Source: Candidatus Latescibacterota bacterium
GTDB lineage: Bacteria > Krumholzibacteriota > Krumholzibacteriia > WVZY01 > JAKEHA01
Length of the DNA stretch: 64,000 bases
Reading direction: 5' to 3'
NCBI GenBank assembly: GCA_963707635.1
Contig: OY970173.1
Location: forward strand, 2,752,001-2,816,000
Under the pieces are notes generated by a model. It had not been told where the DNA came from. It searched no databases and was given only the letters and a program-made list of their open reading frames with translations. Positions within the stretch are counted from its first letter, which is position 1. Each line of letters starts with the position of its first letter. A program made the position numbers and the translations under genes. Below are positions 11,258-19,874 of the stretch, piece after piece.

Positions 11258-11855
11258 CGAGTCCCTGCTGGCGCAGCTTCGTGGCCGCGCCCTGCGCCAC
11301 TGACTCGACGAGCGCCTGCAGGCTGCCCGGATCCTCGGTTTCGCTCATGCCCGCCCACAGCATCTTCTGGTCAGGGAGCGAGTAGATGGTGGTCTCGATC
11401 TTCACCAGATTGTACGTGGCCATGTAGCCGGGGTCGTACATGACCGGCGACGCGTAACCGTAGTAGCCCCAGAACGGCTGGTAGTAGGGCGACGCGTACG
11501 CGCCGCCGGGCACGTACTCGGTCTCCTTCTCCGTCCCCTGGTAGGCCATAATGACGGCACCGTCGAATCCCATCTCGGCCACTTTCGCCTTCGCGTAGTC
11601 CGTGTCCTTCATTTGCTCGGTGGAAAGGAAGGTGTACGAAGCCACCGAGGGGGTCTTCTTGATCAAGCCGACGATCTGATCCTCGGCCGAGCGGCGCATC
11701 TGCTCGTTGGGGAGGAGCCCGATCACGAGCAGCTTCTTGAATTCGAACGGCTTCGCGTCCGGCGCGGTCCACGTGTTCACGAACGTCGTGGCCGGGCTGC
11801 AGCCGGCGAGCATCGCCAGGCCGATGACAGCGGCCATTCCAGGTTTCAGACGCAT
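11250..11855 (-). CDS. Hypothetical lipoprotein
   Basis: Lipobox LAGC; Tyr/Gly-rich loop; LWAGMSET. Confidence 0.75.
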   Translation of the reverse strand: MRLKPGMAAVIGLAMLAGCSPATTFVNTWTAPDAKPFEFKKLLVIGLLPNEQMRRSAEDQIVGLIKKTPSVASYTFLSTEQMKDTDYAKAKVAEMGFDGAVIMAYQGTEKETEYVPGGAYASPYYQPFWGYYGYASPVMYDPGYMATYNLVKIETTIYSLPDQKMLWAGMSETEDPGSLQALVESVAQGAATKLRQQGLVK

Positions 11856-11960
11856 GTTATTCCTCGCTATCTAGCGGCTCCTTGCCGGCCGCGATTAGGG
11901 TCATTCATGACGCGTGCGATCGTACACCATCGACCGGTGCGGCGCCTCAAGTCTCTTCGG

Positions 11961-11984
11961 AACCCGCGAAATCGCGGGTTTTTT
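11961..11984. other. Perfect palindrome/hairpin (terminator or operator)
   Basis: AACCCGCGA-aa-TCGCGGGTT followed by TTTT, between divergent genes. Confidence 0.5.
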
Positions 11985-12012
11985 CACCGATCGGCCGCGC
12001 CCCCGGCGAGAA

Positions 12013-12027
12013 TGGCGTCACTCTTGC
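12013..12027 (+). promoter_or_regulatory. sigma54 -24/-12 promoter candidate
   Basis: TGGCGTCACTCTTGC fits TGGC-N7-TTGC; about 35 nt upstream of ATG 12062. Confidence 0.55.
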
Positions 12028-12061
12028 CTCTGGAAAAGGTTTCCGGCGGTGCCGGTCCTCC

Positions 12062-13294
12062 ATGAATACGCGCGATCGAAACACGCTGGCGACGCTGTTC
12101 TTTTCCGTTTTTGCCACGGTGATCGGGGTGGGCATCGTCGTGCCTCTGTTGCCCGTATACGCGCACGGGCTGGGCGCGAACGGATTTACCATCGGCCTCT
12201 TGTTCGCCGTGTTCGCGCTCTCGCGAACGCTCTTCCTGCCGGGCTTCGGCCGCCTCTCCGACCGCAAGGGCCGCAAGGCGCTCATCGTGCCGGGCCTTTT
12301 CGCTTACGCCGCGATTTCGGTGGCGCTGGCGTGGGTCGACGACGTCGCCGGGCTGCTCGCCGTGCGGTTCCTGCACGGAATCGCGTCGGCCATGCTGATG
12401 CCGGTCATCCAGGCGTACGTCGGAGATCTCGCCCCGCGCGGCCGCGAGGGGCGCCTGCTCGGAATCCACGGCGCGTTCGTGCTCGCGGGGATGAGCATCG
12501 GGCCGATGGTCGGCGGACTGATCCACGACCACTTCGGTCTGCGCTTCGCGTTTCTCTCCATGGGGGCTCTCTCCTGTGCGGGTGGCGTCCTGTGCGCGGT
12601 CCTGCTCCCGGGCGCACGCGACGAGCGAATCACCCGCCGGCGGGAGCCCGCCGCCTGGAGGGAACTGATCCGCGACGGCAACCTGGTCGCCCTGTTCGGG
12701 TTTCGCTTCAGCTACGTGGTCTGCATCGGGATCATCTGGGGATTCCTTCCATTATATGGCGCGCTGGAGCTCTCGCTCTCCAGCGCGTCGATCGGACTCC
12801 TGATTACGCTCGGCATCCTCGCCAGCGCGGTCATGAACGCCCCGATGGGGTTTCTGGCCGATCGGATCGACCGGAGGTTCATGGTGGTCGGCGGCGGGTT
12901 GCTCGCCGCGTACGCGATGCTCTCGTTTGCATGGGCGCAGGAGTATCGCGACGCGGCGCTCGCGTCGATCCTCTTCGGCCTGGGCGGCGGAGTATCCATG
13001 CCGGCGGTCATGGCCATGGCGGCGCGCAAGGGGAGCGGCCGGGAGTCGATGGGAAGCGTCATGGCCTTGATGACGGTGGCGCACAGCCTCGGCATGCTCG
13101 CCGGCGCGCTCGCCGGCGGAATCGTAATGGCTCGCTTCCACCTGCACGCCGTGTTCCCCACCGGTGCGGCCGCCATGACGATCGGAATCGGCTGGTTCGT
13201 CGCAGTGACTCTGCTGCGTGGCGTCCGTGCCGTCGGAAGACACGCGGCGCCGGACGGCTCGCTCAACGTTGACCCGGCCGTGGCCCGTCGCTAG
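12062..13294 (+). CDS. MFS transporter (DHA1-like)
   Basis: GRLSDRKGRK motif A; about 12 TM segments. Confidence 0.88.
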   Translation: MNTRDRNTLATLFFSVFATVIGVGIVVPLLPVYAHGLGANGFTIGLLFAVFALSRTLFLPGFGRLSDRKGRKALIVPGLFAYAAISVALAWVDDVAGLLAVRFLHGIASAMLMPVIQAYVGDLAPRGREGRLLGIHGAFVLAGMSIGPMVGGLIHDHFGLRFAFLSMGALSCAGGVLCAVLLPGARDERITRRREPAAWRELIRDGNLVALFGFRFSYVVCIGIIWGFLPLYGALELSLSSASIGLLITLGILASAVMNAPMGFLADRIDRRFMVVGGGLLAAYAMLSFAWAQEYRDAALASILFGLGGGVSMPAVMAMAARKGSGRESMGSVMALMTVAHSLGMLAGALAGGIVMARFHLHAVFPTGAAAMTIGIGWFVAVTLLRGVRAVGRHAAPDGSLNVDPAVARR

Positions 13295-13304
13295 ACTCCG
13301 CGCC

Positions 13305-14390
13305 ATGAGCAGACGCGTCGCTCACGAACTCCGAGCGTCCCTCGTGGCAATCGCCGGCCTCGTCGCCTTGAATCTATCGGTACCTGCGGACTCACGCTCC
13401 GCGGGAGCCGCGCGCGCGGTGGTCTTCCGCACCCAGACCATGGGCACCTGGGGATCGCTCACGCTGGTGACCGCCGACTCCGCCGCGGTGGCCGACCTTG
13501 CGTACCGCAGCCTCCTTGCCTTCCACAGGGTGGATTCTTTAATGAGCAACTGGACCGAGGTGAGCGACGTCGCGCGCATCAATCGGGAGGCGGGCACGAA
13601 GGAAATCAGCGTCCACCCCGAAGTCGCCACCGTGCTCGACCTCGCCCAGCGCGTTGCGAAGGAGAGCGACGGGGCCTTCGACATCACGGTGGAGCCGCTC
13701 GTGCGCCTCTGGGGCTTCCTCGGCGGGCACCCGCGCGTGCCCAGCGCCGATGAAATTGCCATCACGCTCGAGAACGTCGGCTATAAGAAGATGCGCTTCG
13801 ACCCCGCGCGCGGCACGATCCATTTCGAACAGGACGGGGTTCGCATCGACCTGGGCGGCATCGCGAAGGGCTACGGAGTCGATGCGGCGGCCGAGGTGCT
13901 GCGGCGCGCCGGGGTCGCGAACGCACTGGTGGACCTCTCCGGCAACATGGTCGCCATCGGGGACGCGGCGGGTCACAAGGGGTGGACGGTGGGGCTGCGC
14001 GACCCGTCCGGGGTGCACCCGTACCTCGCGCGCATCCATCTCTACGACCAGGCGATCGCGACCGCGGGAAACTACGAGCAATTCGTCGCCGCGGACGGCA
14101 AGCGTTACGGCCACATCCTCGATCCGCACACCGGCTGGTCGGCCCAGGGGCTCGCGTCGGTAACTATCGTCACCTCGGGGGCGATGATGGCCGATGCGTG
14201 GGACGACGCCCTGTTCGTCTTCGGGCCGGAGGCGGCGCGCGCGTTCGCGCGCGAGCGTGACGACCTGGCAGTCGTGCTGATCGAGCCGCGCGCGAACGGC
14301 CCCGGCATCATCTGGATAGAAGAGCAGCTTCGACCCCGCGTTGAGATCGAACCCGGCCTCACCGGCACGTATACGGTACGCTACTTCTAG
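13305..14390 (+). CDS. apbE: FAD:protein FMN transferase
   Basis: TMGT, GAFDITV, DLGGIAKGYGVD, ATAGNYE, HILDPHTG. Confidence 0.93.
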   Translation: MSRRVAHELRASLVAIAGLVALNLSVPADSRSAGAARAVVFRTQTMGTWGSLTLVTADSAAVADLAYRSLLAFHRVDSLMSNWTEVSDVARINREAGTKEISVHPEVATVLDLAQRVAKESDGAFDITVEPLVRLWGFLGGHPRVPSADEIAITLENVGYKKMRFDPARGTIHFEQDGVRIDLGGIAKGYGVDAAAEVLRRAGVANALVDLSGNMVAIGDAAGHKGWTVGLRDPSGVHPYLARIHLYDQAIATAGNYEQFVAADGKRYGHILDPHTGWSAQGLASVTIVTSGAMMADAWDDALFVFGPEAARAFARERDDLAVVLIEPRANGPGIIWIEEQLRPRVEIEPGLTGTYTVRYF

Positions 14391-14583
14391 CGACGGCTCC
14401 CCCGAGCCGCCTGGCTCGCTCTCCACTCTCGCGCACGCATCACGCCGTGTCCCCGCTCCGGCGCGACAACGCCCCCGGTTCTCCGGAAACTCCATGTCCA
14501 AACGCGGCCGGCGACTCCGCTTCGAGGCCCATACGGGGTGCATGTGCCGCCACCGCCGGGCGGGCAGTGCGGCCGCGTCGATG

Positions 14584-14598
14584 TGGCGTGGACCTTGC
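14584..14598 (+). promoter_or_regulatory. sigma54 -24/-12 promoter candidate
   Basis: TGGCGTGGACCTTGC(A) in the roughly 365-nt intergenic gap before the large operon. Confidence 0.55.
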
Positions 14599-14756
14599 AG
14601 AACTTACCGCGCTGTCTTCTATTTGCGGCCGCGGCGCCCGCATGCGGAGACTTCGGGCATGGTGTGAAACGCGAAGTGGTCTCGCTTCCGAGACACGCGC
14701 GCAAAATGCACTGCCCGTCGCAGCGAGCGAACCGCGGCCGTATCGGGAACGACGAT

Positions 14757-15251
14757 ATGCAATTGGGAACCATGAACGATCACGCGAACGTTTTCGCCCG
14801 TGGCAAGGACAGGCGGGAAGCGGCGGCATCGATGCTGCTCGTCGGCACCTGCACGGCCCTGCTCGCCGTGGCTGCATGCGAGAAGGCATCGCCCACCGAT
14901 CCCGATCCCCCCTCGGGTGGAAGCAAGTACGTTCTCGACTACAACGTGTTTGCCGCGCAGATCGACCCGATCATGACCAGCCTGGGCTGCGACGACGTGA
15001 ACTGCCACGGTGGCGGGATCCGGGGGACCTTCGCGCTCTCGCCGGATAACGACAAGGACGTCGCGTTAGATTTTGCGCAGGCGAGCCTGCAGGTCTCCCC
15101 GCAGAACCCGCCCGCCAGCGCCCTGGTGTCGAAGCCGCTGGACGAGGCGTGCGGCGGGGTGGGCCATGGAGGCGGCGCGTTCTTCCATTCGCTGGACGAT
15201 CCGGACTACCTCGCCATGCTGGCGTGGATCGAGGCGGGTGAGTACCAGTGA
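14757..15251 (+). CDS. Lipoprotein with planctomycete-type cytochrome c-like domain (Cx4CH)
   Basis: Lipobox VAAC; F..QIDPI...GCDDVNCHG ... SALVSKP ... HGGG ... AWIEAG; start 14757 or 14772. Confidence 0.65.
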   Translation: MQLGTMNDHANVFARGKDRREAAASMLLVGTCTALLAVAACEKASPTDPDPPSGGSKYVLDYNVFAAQIDPIMTSLGCDDVNCHGGGIRGTFALSPDNDKDVALDFAQASLQVSPQNPPASALVSKPLDEACGGVGHGGGAFFHSLDDPDYLAMLAWIEAGEYQ

Positions 15252-15919
15252 ACGAGCGACGTGCTGCAATGTTTGTAGCGGGCGCCGCAATGGCGCTCTG
15301 CGTCGCGCCGGGGCTCGCGTGCGCGCTCGAGCCGGACTCGACGACCGCTGCTCCCGCCCCCGCGACGGCGCCCGCGGACACCGCCGCGACGACCGGCAAG
15401 AACGGGCTGGTCTATCTGGTTCCGGCGCTCGAAGGCGCCCACTACCACGTGAGCGACGACCGGCGCCGGTTCCAGCACCGGATTTCGTTCAGCCCGGCCA
15501 TCGGCCAGCTGGGCGACAACGACGAATTCGTCTTTCGCGTGGCCTACAGCCCCAACACGTGGCTCGGGTACGAGATCGCGCTGGGCCACAACCCGGCGTC
15601 GTCGCTCCACGCGCTCCTGCACACGTTCAACGCCGTCTTGCGCTACCCGCTGCGGGGGCGCTTTCAGCCTTACATGACGCTCGGATACGGAATGATGACG
15701 GTGTACCCGGGACAGGCGATCAACGCCGACCCGGTCACCAAGAACACCCTGACGGTCGGCGGCGGCCTGGAGATCTATCTCCGGGACGACGTCGCCCTGC
15801 GCGGAGAACTCCGCGGCGCCACCGTCCTCGGGCAGGAGCTCGGGAGCGGCGGCACCGTGGCGTACGACTACCGCGAATACACGATCGGCTTCTCGTTCTA
15901 TCGAAGTCTGAAAGGTTAG
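15248..15919 (+). CDS. Outer-membrane beta-barrel protein (OmpA/OmpW-like, 8-strand)
   Basis: Signal peptide; FQPYMTLGYG, VGGGLEIY, ALRGELRG; aromatic C-terminal strand. Confidence 0.7.
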   Translation: MNERRAAMFVAGAAMALCVAPGLACALEPDSTTAAPAPATAPADTAATTGKNGLVYLVPALEGAHYHVSDDRRRFQHRISFSPAIGQLGDNDEFVFRVAYSPNTWLGYEIALGHNPASSLHALLHTFNAVLRYPLRGRFQPYMTLGYGMMTVYPGQAINADPVTKNTLTVGGGLEIYLRDDVALRGELRGATVLGQELGSGGTVAYDYREYTIGFSFYRSLKG

Positions 15920-15940
15920 CCCGAAGTCAAGGAGTGCAAC

Positions 15941-17914
15941 ATGCGACAGGCAACCAACTGGAAGACATCCTCCTTGGGCGACATCGCCCTGAAACTCGGC
16001 AGCGTGCTGATGCTGCTGGCCCTTTCCTTCGGCGGCTGCCGTGACAGCGCGCCCGACGACATCATCGTCGAAGAGGAAACCACGGAGGCGTTGGTCTTCG
16101 TGAAGACCAAGGGCGAAGAGTCGCTCAACCGCAGCTGGGCCGAGGGCAACCTCTACAAGTTGTCCCCCATTTCCCCGCTGGGAGTGGTGACACCGATCAC
16201 GAACTTCACGGGAGCCGCCGTGAGCGACCCGTGCGTCTCGTTCGACGGGAAGAAGATCCTCTTCTCGATGCGGCCGCCGGGCGGCGGGTGGCGGAACATC
16301 TACGAGATCAACGTGGACGGCACCGGGCTGCGCCAGGTGACGAGCGGCGGGGGTCACGACTTCGACCCCGTGTACCTGCCCGACGGGCGGATCGCGTTCA
16401 CCAGCTCGCGCGCGGGAACCATGGACGAGTACAACCATGCCCCGGCCGAGAACCTGTACAACTGCGACAGCGACGGCTCGAACCTCGTGCGCGTCAGCTT
16501 CAACATGAGCGACGACTTCGACCCGACGCTCCTGCCGGACGGGCGCCTCGTGTACACGCGCTGGGAACACCTCGGGCAGCAGAACCGCTTCCCGCTGTTC
16601 TTCTCGAACCCGGACGGGTCGCGGTTCTTCCACGAGTTCGGCCCGCACAACCGCAACTTCTTCCACGCGCAGCCCACGCCCGACGGCCGGCTGATCGCGA
16701 TCGAGTCCACCATGATCGAGGAAGACGCGGGCCCGATCGCCGTGCTCAAGCTCGAGCAGGGACCGGCCGATCCGAGCACGAGCAACGATCTCCACTGGGA
16801 CGTGCTCACGACCCAGGTCAACAACGACGGCGCGCCGTGGGCGTACGGCGCCTTCAAGTACCCCTTCCCGCTCGGCGGCAACAAGTACGTGGCGTCCTAT
16901 ACGCTCCCGGCCGCCGAGGAAGTCGACGTCGACTACGGCCTGTACACATTCAGTCTGAAGCAGACGGGCTCGGGCACGCCGGCCGACCCGGCCACGCTGA
17001 GCATCGAGGACCTCACGTTCCTCTATGACGACCCGGCCTGGAACGAGTACGACGCCCAGCTGATCGCGCCGCACGCGAAACCGCCGGTCGTCGCGCCCAT
17101 CGCCAACCCGGCGCTGGACTACGGCATCATTACGGCCGACGACGTATTCTTCCGCGGAACCAACGACGGTCAGGAGAGACCGACCGTCGGCAGCGTCGAT
17201 TCCATCGCCGTCATGGTCGGCATTCCGACCGTACAGGGCGAGATGAACGACTTCTCCGCCAACGAATTCGAGAAGCGCGCGCTGCTCGGCTTCGCCCCGG
17301 TCAACAGCGACGGTTCGTTCCGCATCCAGGTGCCGGCCCGCACACCCCTGACCTTCGCCACCCTGGACAACCTCGGCCGCGCGTTTGTGAACAAGCGGAC
17401 CTGGTTGTACGTGCAGCCCGGCGAAGAGATCACCAACTGCATCGGGTGTCACGAGGACCGGGCCCTCAACACGGTTCCCCAGAACCCGAACCCGATCGCC
17501 AAGACGCAGGCGCCCGTGGACCTGAACATCGGCCCGGGTGGTTACACCTACATCAACTATCGGGACCACATCGGCCCGATCGTGCGCACGAAGTGTCAGT
17601 CGTGCCACATCGAAACCTACGCGGGCATCGACACGATCCCGCCGGCGGGTGGCCTGGACCTGTCGGAAGTGCCCGACACGACCATGGAGAACCAGATCTT
17701 CCCGCGCGCGTACGTCAACCTTTCCGGCGAGGCCGACATGGGCACGCCGAACGTGACCGACCCGGGATTCCCGCGCCGCTCGACGCTGGTCGACTACGCG
17801 CTCGGCGTCGGCAGCGCGTCCGCTCAGGGCGCGCATCCCAGCTCGAACCCGCTCTCGCCCGGCGAGCAGCGCCTGTTCAAGTTCTGGGTCATGCTGGGCG
17901 CGCAGTACCGGTAA
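15941..17914 (+). CDS. Lipoprotein with TolB/PD40 beta-propeller, hydrazine-synthase-alpha-like middle domain and two CxxCH motifs
   Basis: Lipobox FGGC; repeats DPCVSFDGKKILFS, DPVYLPDGRIAFTSSR, PTLLPDGRLVYTRWE; DGSFRIQVPARTP..F..LD..G...VQPGE..NCIGCHE; CQSCH. Confidence 0.8.
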   Translation: MRQATNWKTSSLGDIALKLGSVLMLLALSFGGCRDSAPDDIIVEEETTEALVFVKTKGEESLNRSWAEGNLYKLSPISPLGVVTPITNFTGAAVSDPCVSFDGKKILFSMRPPGGGWRNIYEINVDGTGLRQVTSGGGHDFDPVYLPDGRIAFTSSRAGTMDEYNHAPAENLYNCDSDGSNLVRVSFNMSDDFDPTLLPDGRLVYTRWEHLGQQNRFPLFFSNPDGSRFFHEFGPHNRNFFHAQPTPDGRLIAIESTMIEEDAGPIAVLKLEQGPADPSTSNDLHWDVLTTQVNNDGAPWAYGAFKYPFPLGGNKYVASYTLPAAEEVDVDYGLYTFSLKQTGSGTPADPATLSIEDLTFLYDDPAWNEYDAQLIAPHAKPPVVAPIANPALDYGIITADDVFFRGTNDGQERPTVGSVDSIAVMVGIPTVQGEMNDFSANEFEKRALLGFAPVNSDGSFRIQVPARTPLTFATLDNLGRAFVNKRTWLYVQPGEEITNCIGCHEDRALNTVPQNPNPIAKTQAPVDLNIGPGGYTYINYRDHIGPIVRTKCQSCHIETYAGIDTIPPAGGLDLSEVPDTTMENQIFPRAYVNLSGEADMGTPNVTDPGFPRRSTLVDYALGVGSASAQGAHPSSNPLSPGEQRLFKFWVMLGAQYR

Positions 17915-17933
17915 CACGGCGGAGGATTCGACC

Positions 17934-18515
17934 ATGAAGCCAAGGGACAAGATGCGCGTGGCGATGATGACCGCCGCTTTGGCGGCGACGGTCACGTCGG
18001 CGCGCGCCGCAACCGACGCGGGCGAGACGCTCGCGAGCCACCGCCTCACGTCGTTCGGTGGCGCGGCCACGACCCTATCCGCGTACCGCGGCCAGGTGCT
18101 GGTCGTGAACTTCTGGGCGAGCTGGTGCGCGCCGTGCCGCGACGAGCTGGCGACGATGAATCGATGGAACGACACCTGGGCCCAACGCGGGGCCCGCGTG
18201 GTCGCGATCTCGATCGACAAGGACGCGGCGAAGGCACAGCGCTTTGCACAGCAGCTGAAGCTTTCGCTCACCGTCCTGCACGACGGGCCCGACGGCCTGG
18301 CGCGCACGCTCGACATCCCGTCTTTGCCCTGCACCTATCTGCTCGATTCGCAGGGGCGGGTCGTGAGTGTGGTGCGCGGGAGCTCGGCAAACGAGCTGGC
18401 GGCGCTGCACTCGAAGGTGGAAGCGATGCTCGCCTCCGCCCGCCCGATGGCGCCGCAGGAGGCGGACCTGGGGTCCGCGCCGCTTCCGTCGAACAGCGAT
18501 GGAGGCACACGATGA
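17934..18515 (+). CDS. TlpA family thioredoxin-like disulfide reductase
   Basis: VNFWASWCAPC; SLP cis-Pro region. Confidence 0.9.
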   Translation: MKPRDKMRVAMMTAALAATVTSARAATDAGETLASHRLTSFGGAATTLSAYRGQVLVVNFWASWCAPCRDELATMNRWNDTWAQRGARVVAISIDKDAAKAQRFAQQLKLSLTVLHDGPDGLARTLDIPSLPCTYLLDSQGRVVSVVRGSSANELAALHSKVEAMLASARPMAPQEADLGSAPLPSNSDGGTR

Positions 18516-18721
18516 GACGTTTTCGGTTGTGGCTGGTCCTGCTGCCGCTCGGGCTCCAGGTCGGTTGCGCGACGGTGCGTCCCTATGAAAAGGAGCACCT
18601 GGCGGATCCGATCATGGTCTCGGCCCAGGACGAGGCGATGCGGGAACTGAAGTGGCTCGACGCCCGCGAGGGCTCGACCGGGGGCGCGGGAGGCGCCGGC
18701 GGCGGATGCGCTTGCAAGTAA
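18512..18721 (+). CDS. DUF4266 family small lipoprotein
   Basis: VGCATVRPYEKEHLADPIM ... REGSTGGAGGAGGGCACK; ATG at 18512. Confidence 0.85.
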   Translation: MRRFRLWLVLLPLGLQVGCATVRPYEKEHLADPIMVSAQDEAMRELKWLDAREGSTGGAGGAGGGCACK

Positions 18722-19851
18722 GCAGAATTCACCTCCTCGCGGGGGTGCTCGCCGGGGTACAGGTGTCCGTCACCGCGCCGCCGATCGCAAGCGCGGCCGA
18801 GCCGACGGCTTCGTACACGTTCAATTTCTATTCGGACGTGAACGGCGTGGACGTATACAGCAACTACGTCGGCAGCGGGTTGCGGCTGCGCAATGGCGTG
18901 CAGTTGTCGGCCGAGTGGGTGCACGACCGCGTCGTGATCCCCGCCATCGACGCTCCCCCGGGGAGCCAGGAGGCCGTCGACGCCATCACCACCGCGAGCC
19001 GGCCCATCGCCGGCACCGCGGACCCGTACCAGGACTACGTCAAGGTGCGCAATTCCCTGGAGACCAGCGCCGCTTATCGCGGCTACGACCTCGATTACTA
19101 CGTGTCGAGCGAGAGCGACTACTTCGCACAGATGGTCGCCTTCGGCTACAACCACGGCTTCATGGAGGACAACCTGAACCTAGCCGCGCGCGTGAGCTAC
19201 AGCTGGGACAACATCAAGCCGCTGGAAGACGACGACACCCAGAGCGTGCCCGACTATCGCCGGACCCTGCACTGGAACATCATCGCCACCCAGGTGGTCA
19301 CGCCCACCACGGTGGTCCGCGTCGGCGCCGAATTCAACAACGTGCACGGGTTGCAGCACGACCCCTACCGCAACGTGTACGTGGCCGGAACCAACGTGCC
19401 GGAAAAGCACCCGGCCGACCGCGGACGCCGCGACGTGTTCGCGAGCGTGAACCAGTACATCTATAACCGCTCGAGCGTGAACCTCGAGTACCGCTACTAC
19501 AGCGACGACTGGGGCGTGTCGTCGCACGCGATCGGCGTGAAGTTGAATCAGTACGTGAGCGACACCTTCGTGGTTCGCTATCGCTACCGGTACTACACGC
19601 AGGCCTCGGCGATCTTCTACCGCGACGACTACACCCAGACCGGCGGGGTCAACGGCTTCCAGACCGCCGACTACCGGCTGGGAGATTTCGGCGCCAACCT
19701 CTTCGGAGGGCGGATTGCGTGGCGCCCGTACCGCGTGCTGGGGAAGGTGTTCCCCGCGAGCGCCCAATTGATCTTGAGTTATGAACGGTATTTCAACAGC
19801 AACAATTTCTCGGCGAACGTTCTCGAAACCGGTCTGCTGATCGTGTTCTAG
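18706..19851 (+). CDS. DUF3570 family putative outer-membrane beta-barrel protein
   Basis: VDAITTAS, SSESDY, DPYRNV, PEKHPADR.R, YRYYSDDWGV.SH, RYRYYTQ; follows DUF4266; ends in Phe. Confidence 0.82.
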   Translation: MRLQVSRIHLLAGVLAGVQVSVTAPPIASAAEPTASYTFNFYSDVNGVDVYSNYVGSGLRLRNGVQLSAEWVHDRVVIPAIDAPPGSQEAVDAITTASRPIAGTADPYQDYVKVRNSLETSAAYRGYDLDYYVSSESDYFAQMVAFGYNHGFMEDNLNLAARVSYSWDNIKPLEDDDTQSVPDYRRTLHWNIIATQVVTPTTVVRVGAEFNNVHGLQHDPYRNVYVAGTNVPEKHPADRGRRDVFASVNQYIYNRSSVNLEYRYYSDDWGVSSHAIGVKLNQYVSDTFVVRYRYRYYTQASAIFYRDDYTQTGGVNGFQTADYRLGDFGANLFGGRIAWRPYRVLGKVFPASAQLILSYERYFNSNNFSANVLETGLLIVF

Positions 19852-19874
19852 CGGACCATGCAAAGGAGCCGGGT

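Noticed and set aside
15941..17914. Anammox hydrazine synthase / anammox metabolism
   Set aside because: Only an alpha-like architecture is present; there is no hzsB/hzsC or HAO-like gene here, and such domains also occur in non-anammox bacteria
15206..18334. 1042-aa minus-strand ORF (also 25744-29418 and similar long antisense ORFs)
   Set aside because: Antisense shadows of real genes in high-GC DNA; no recognisable motifs
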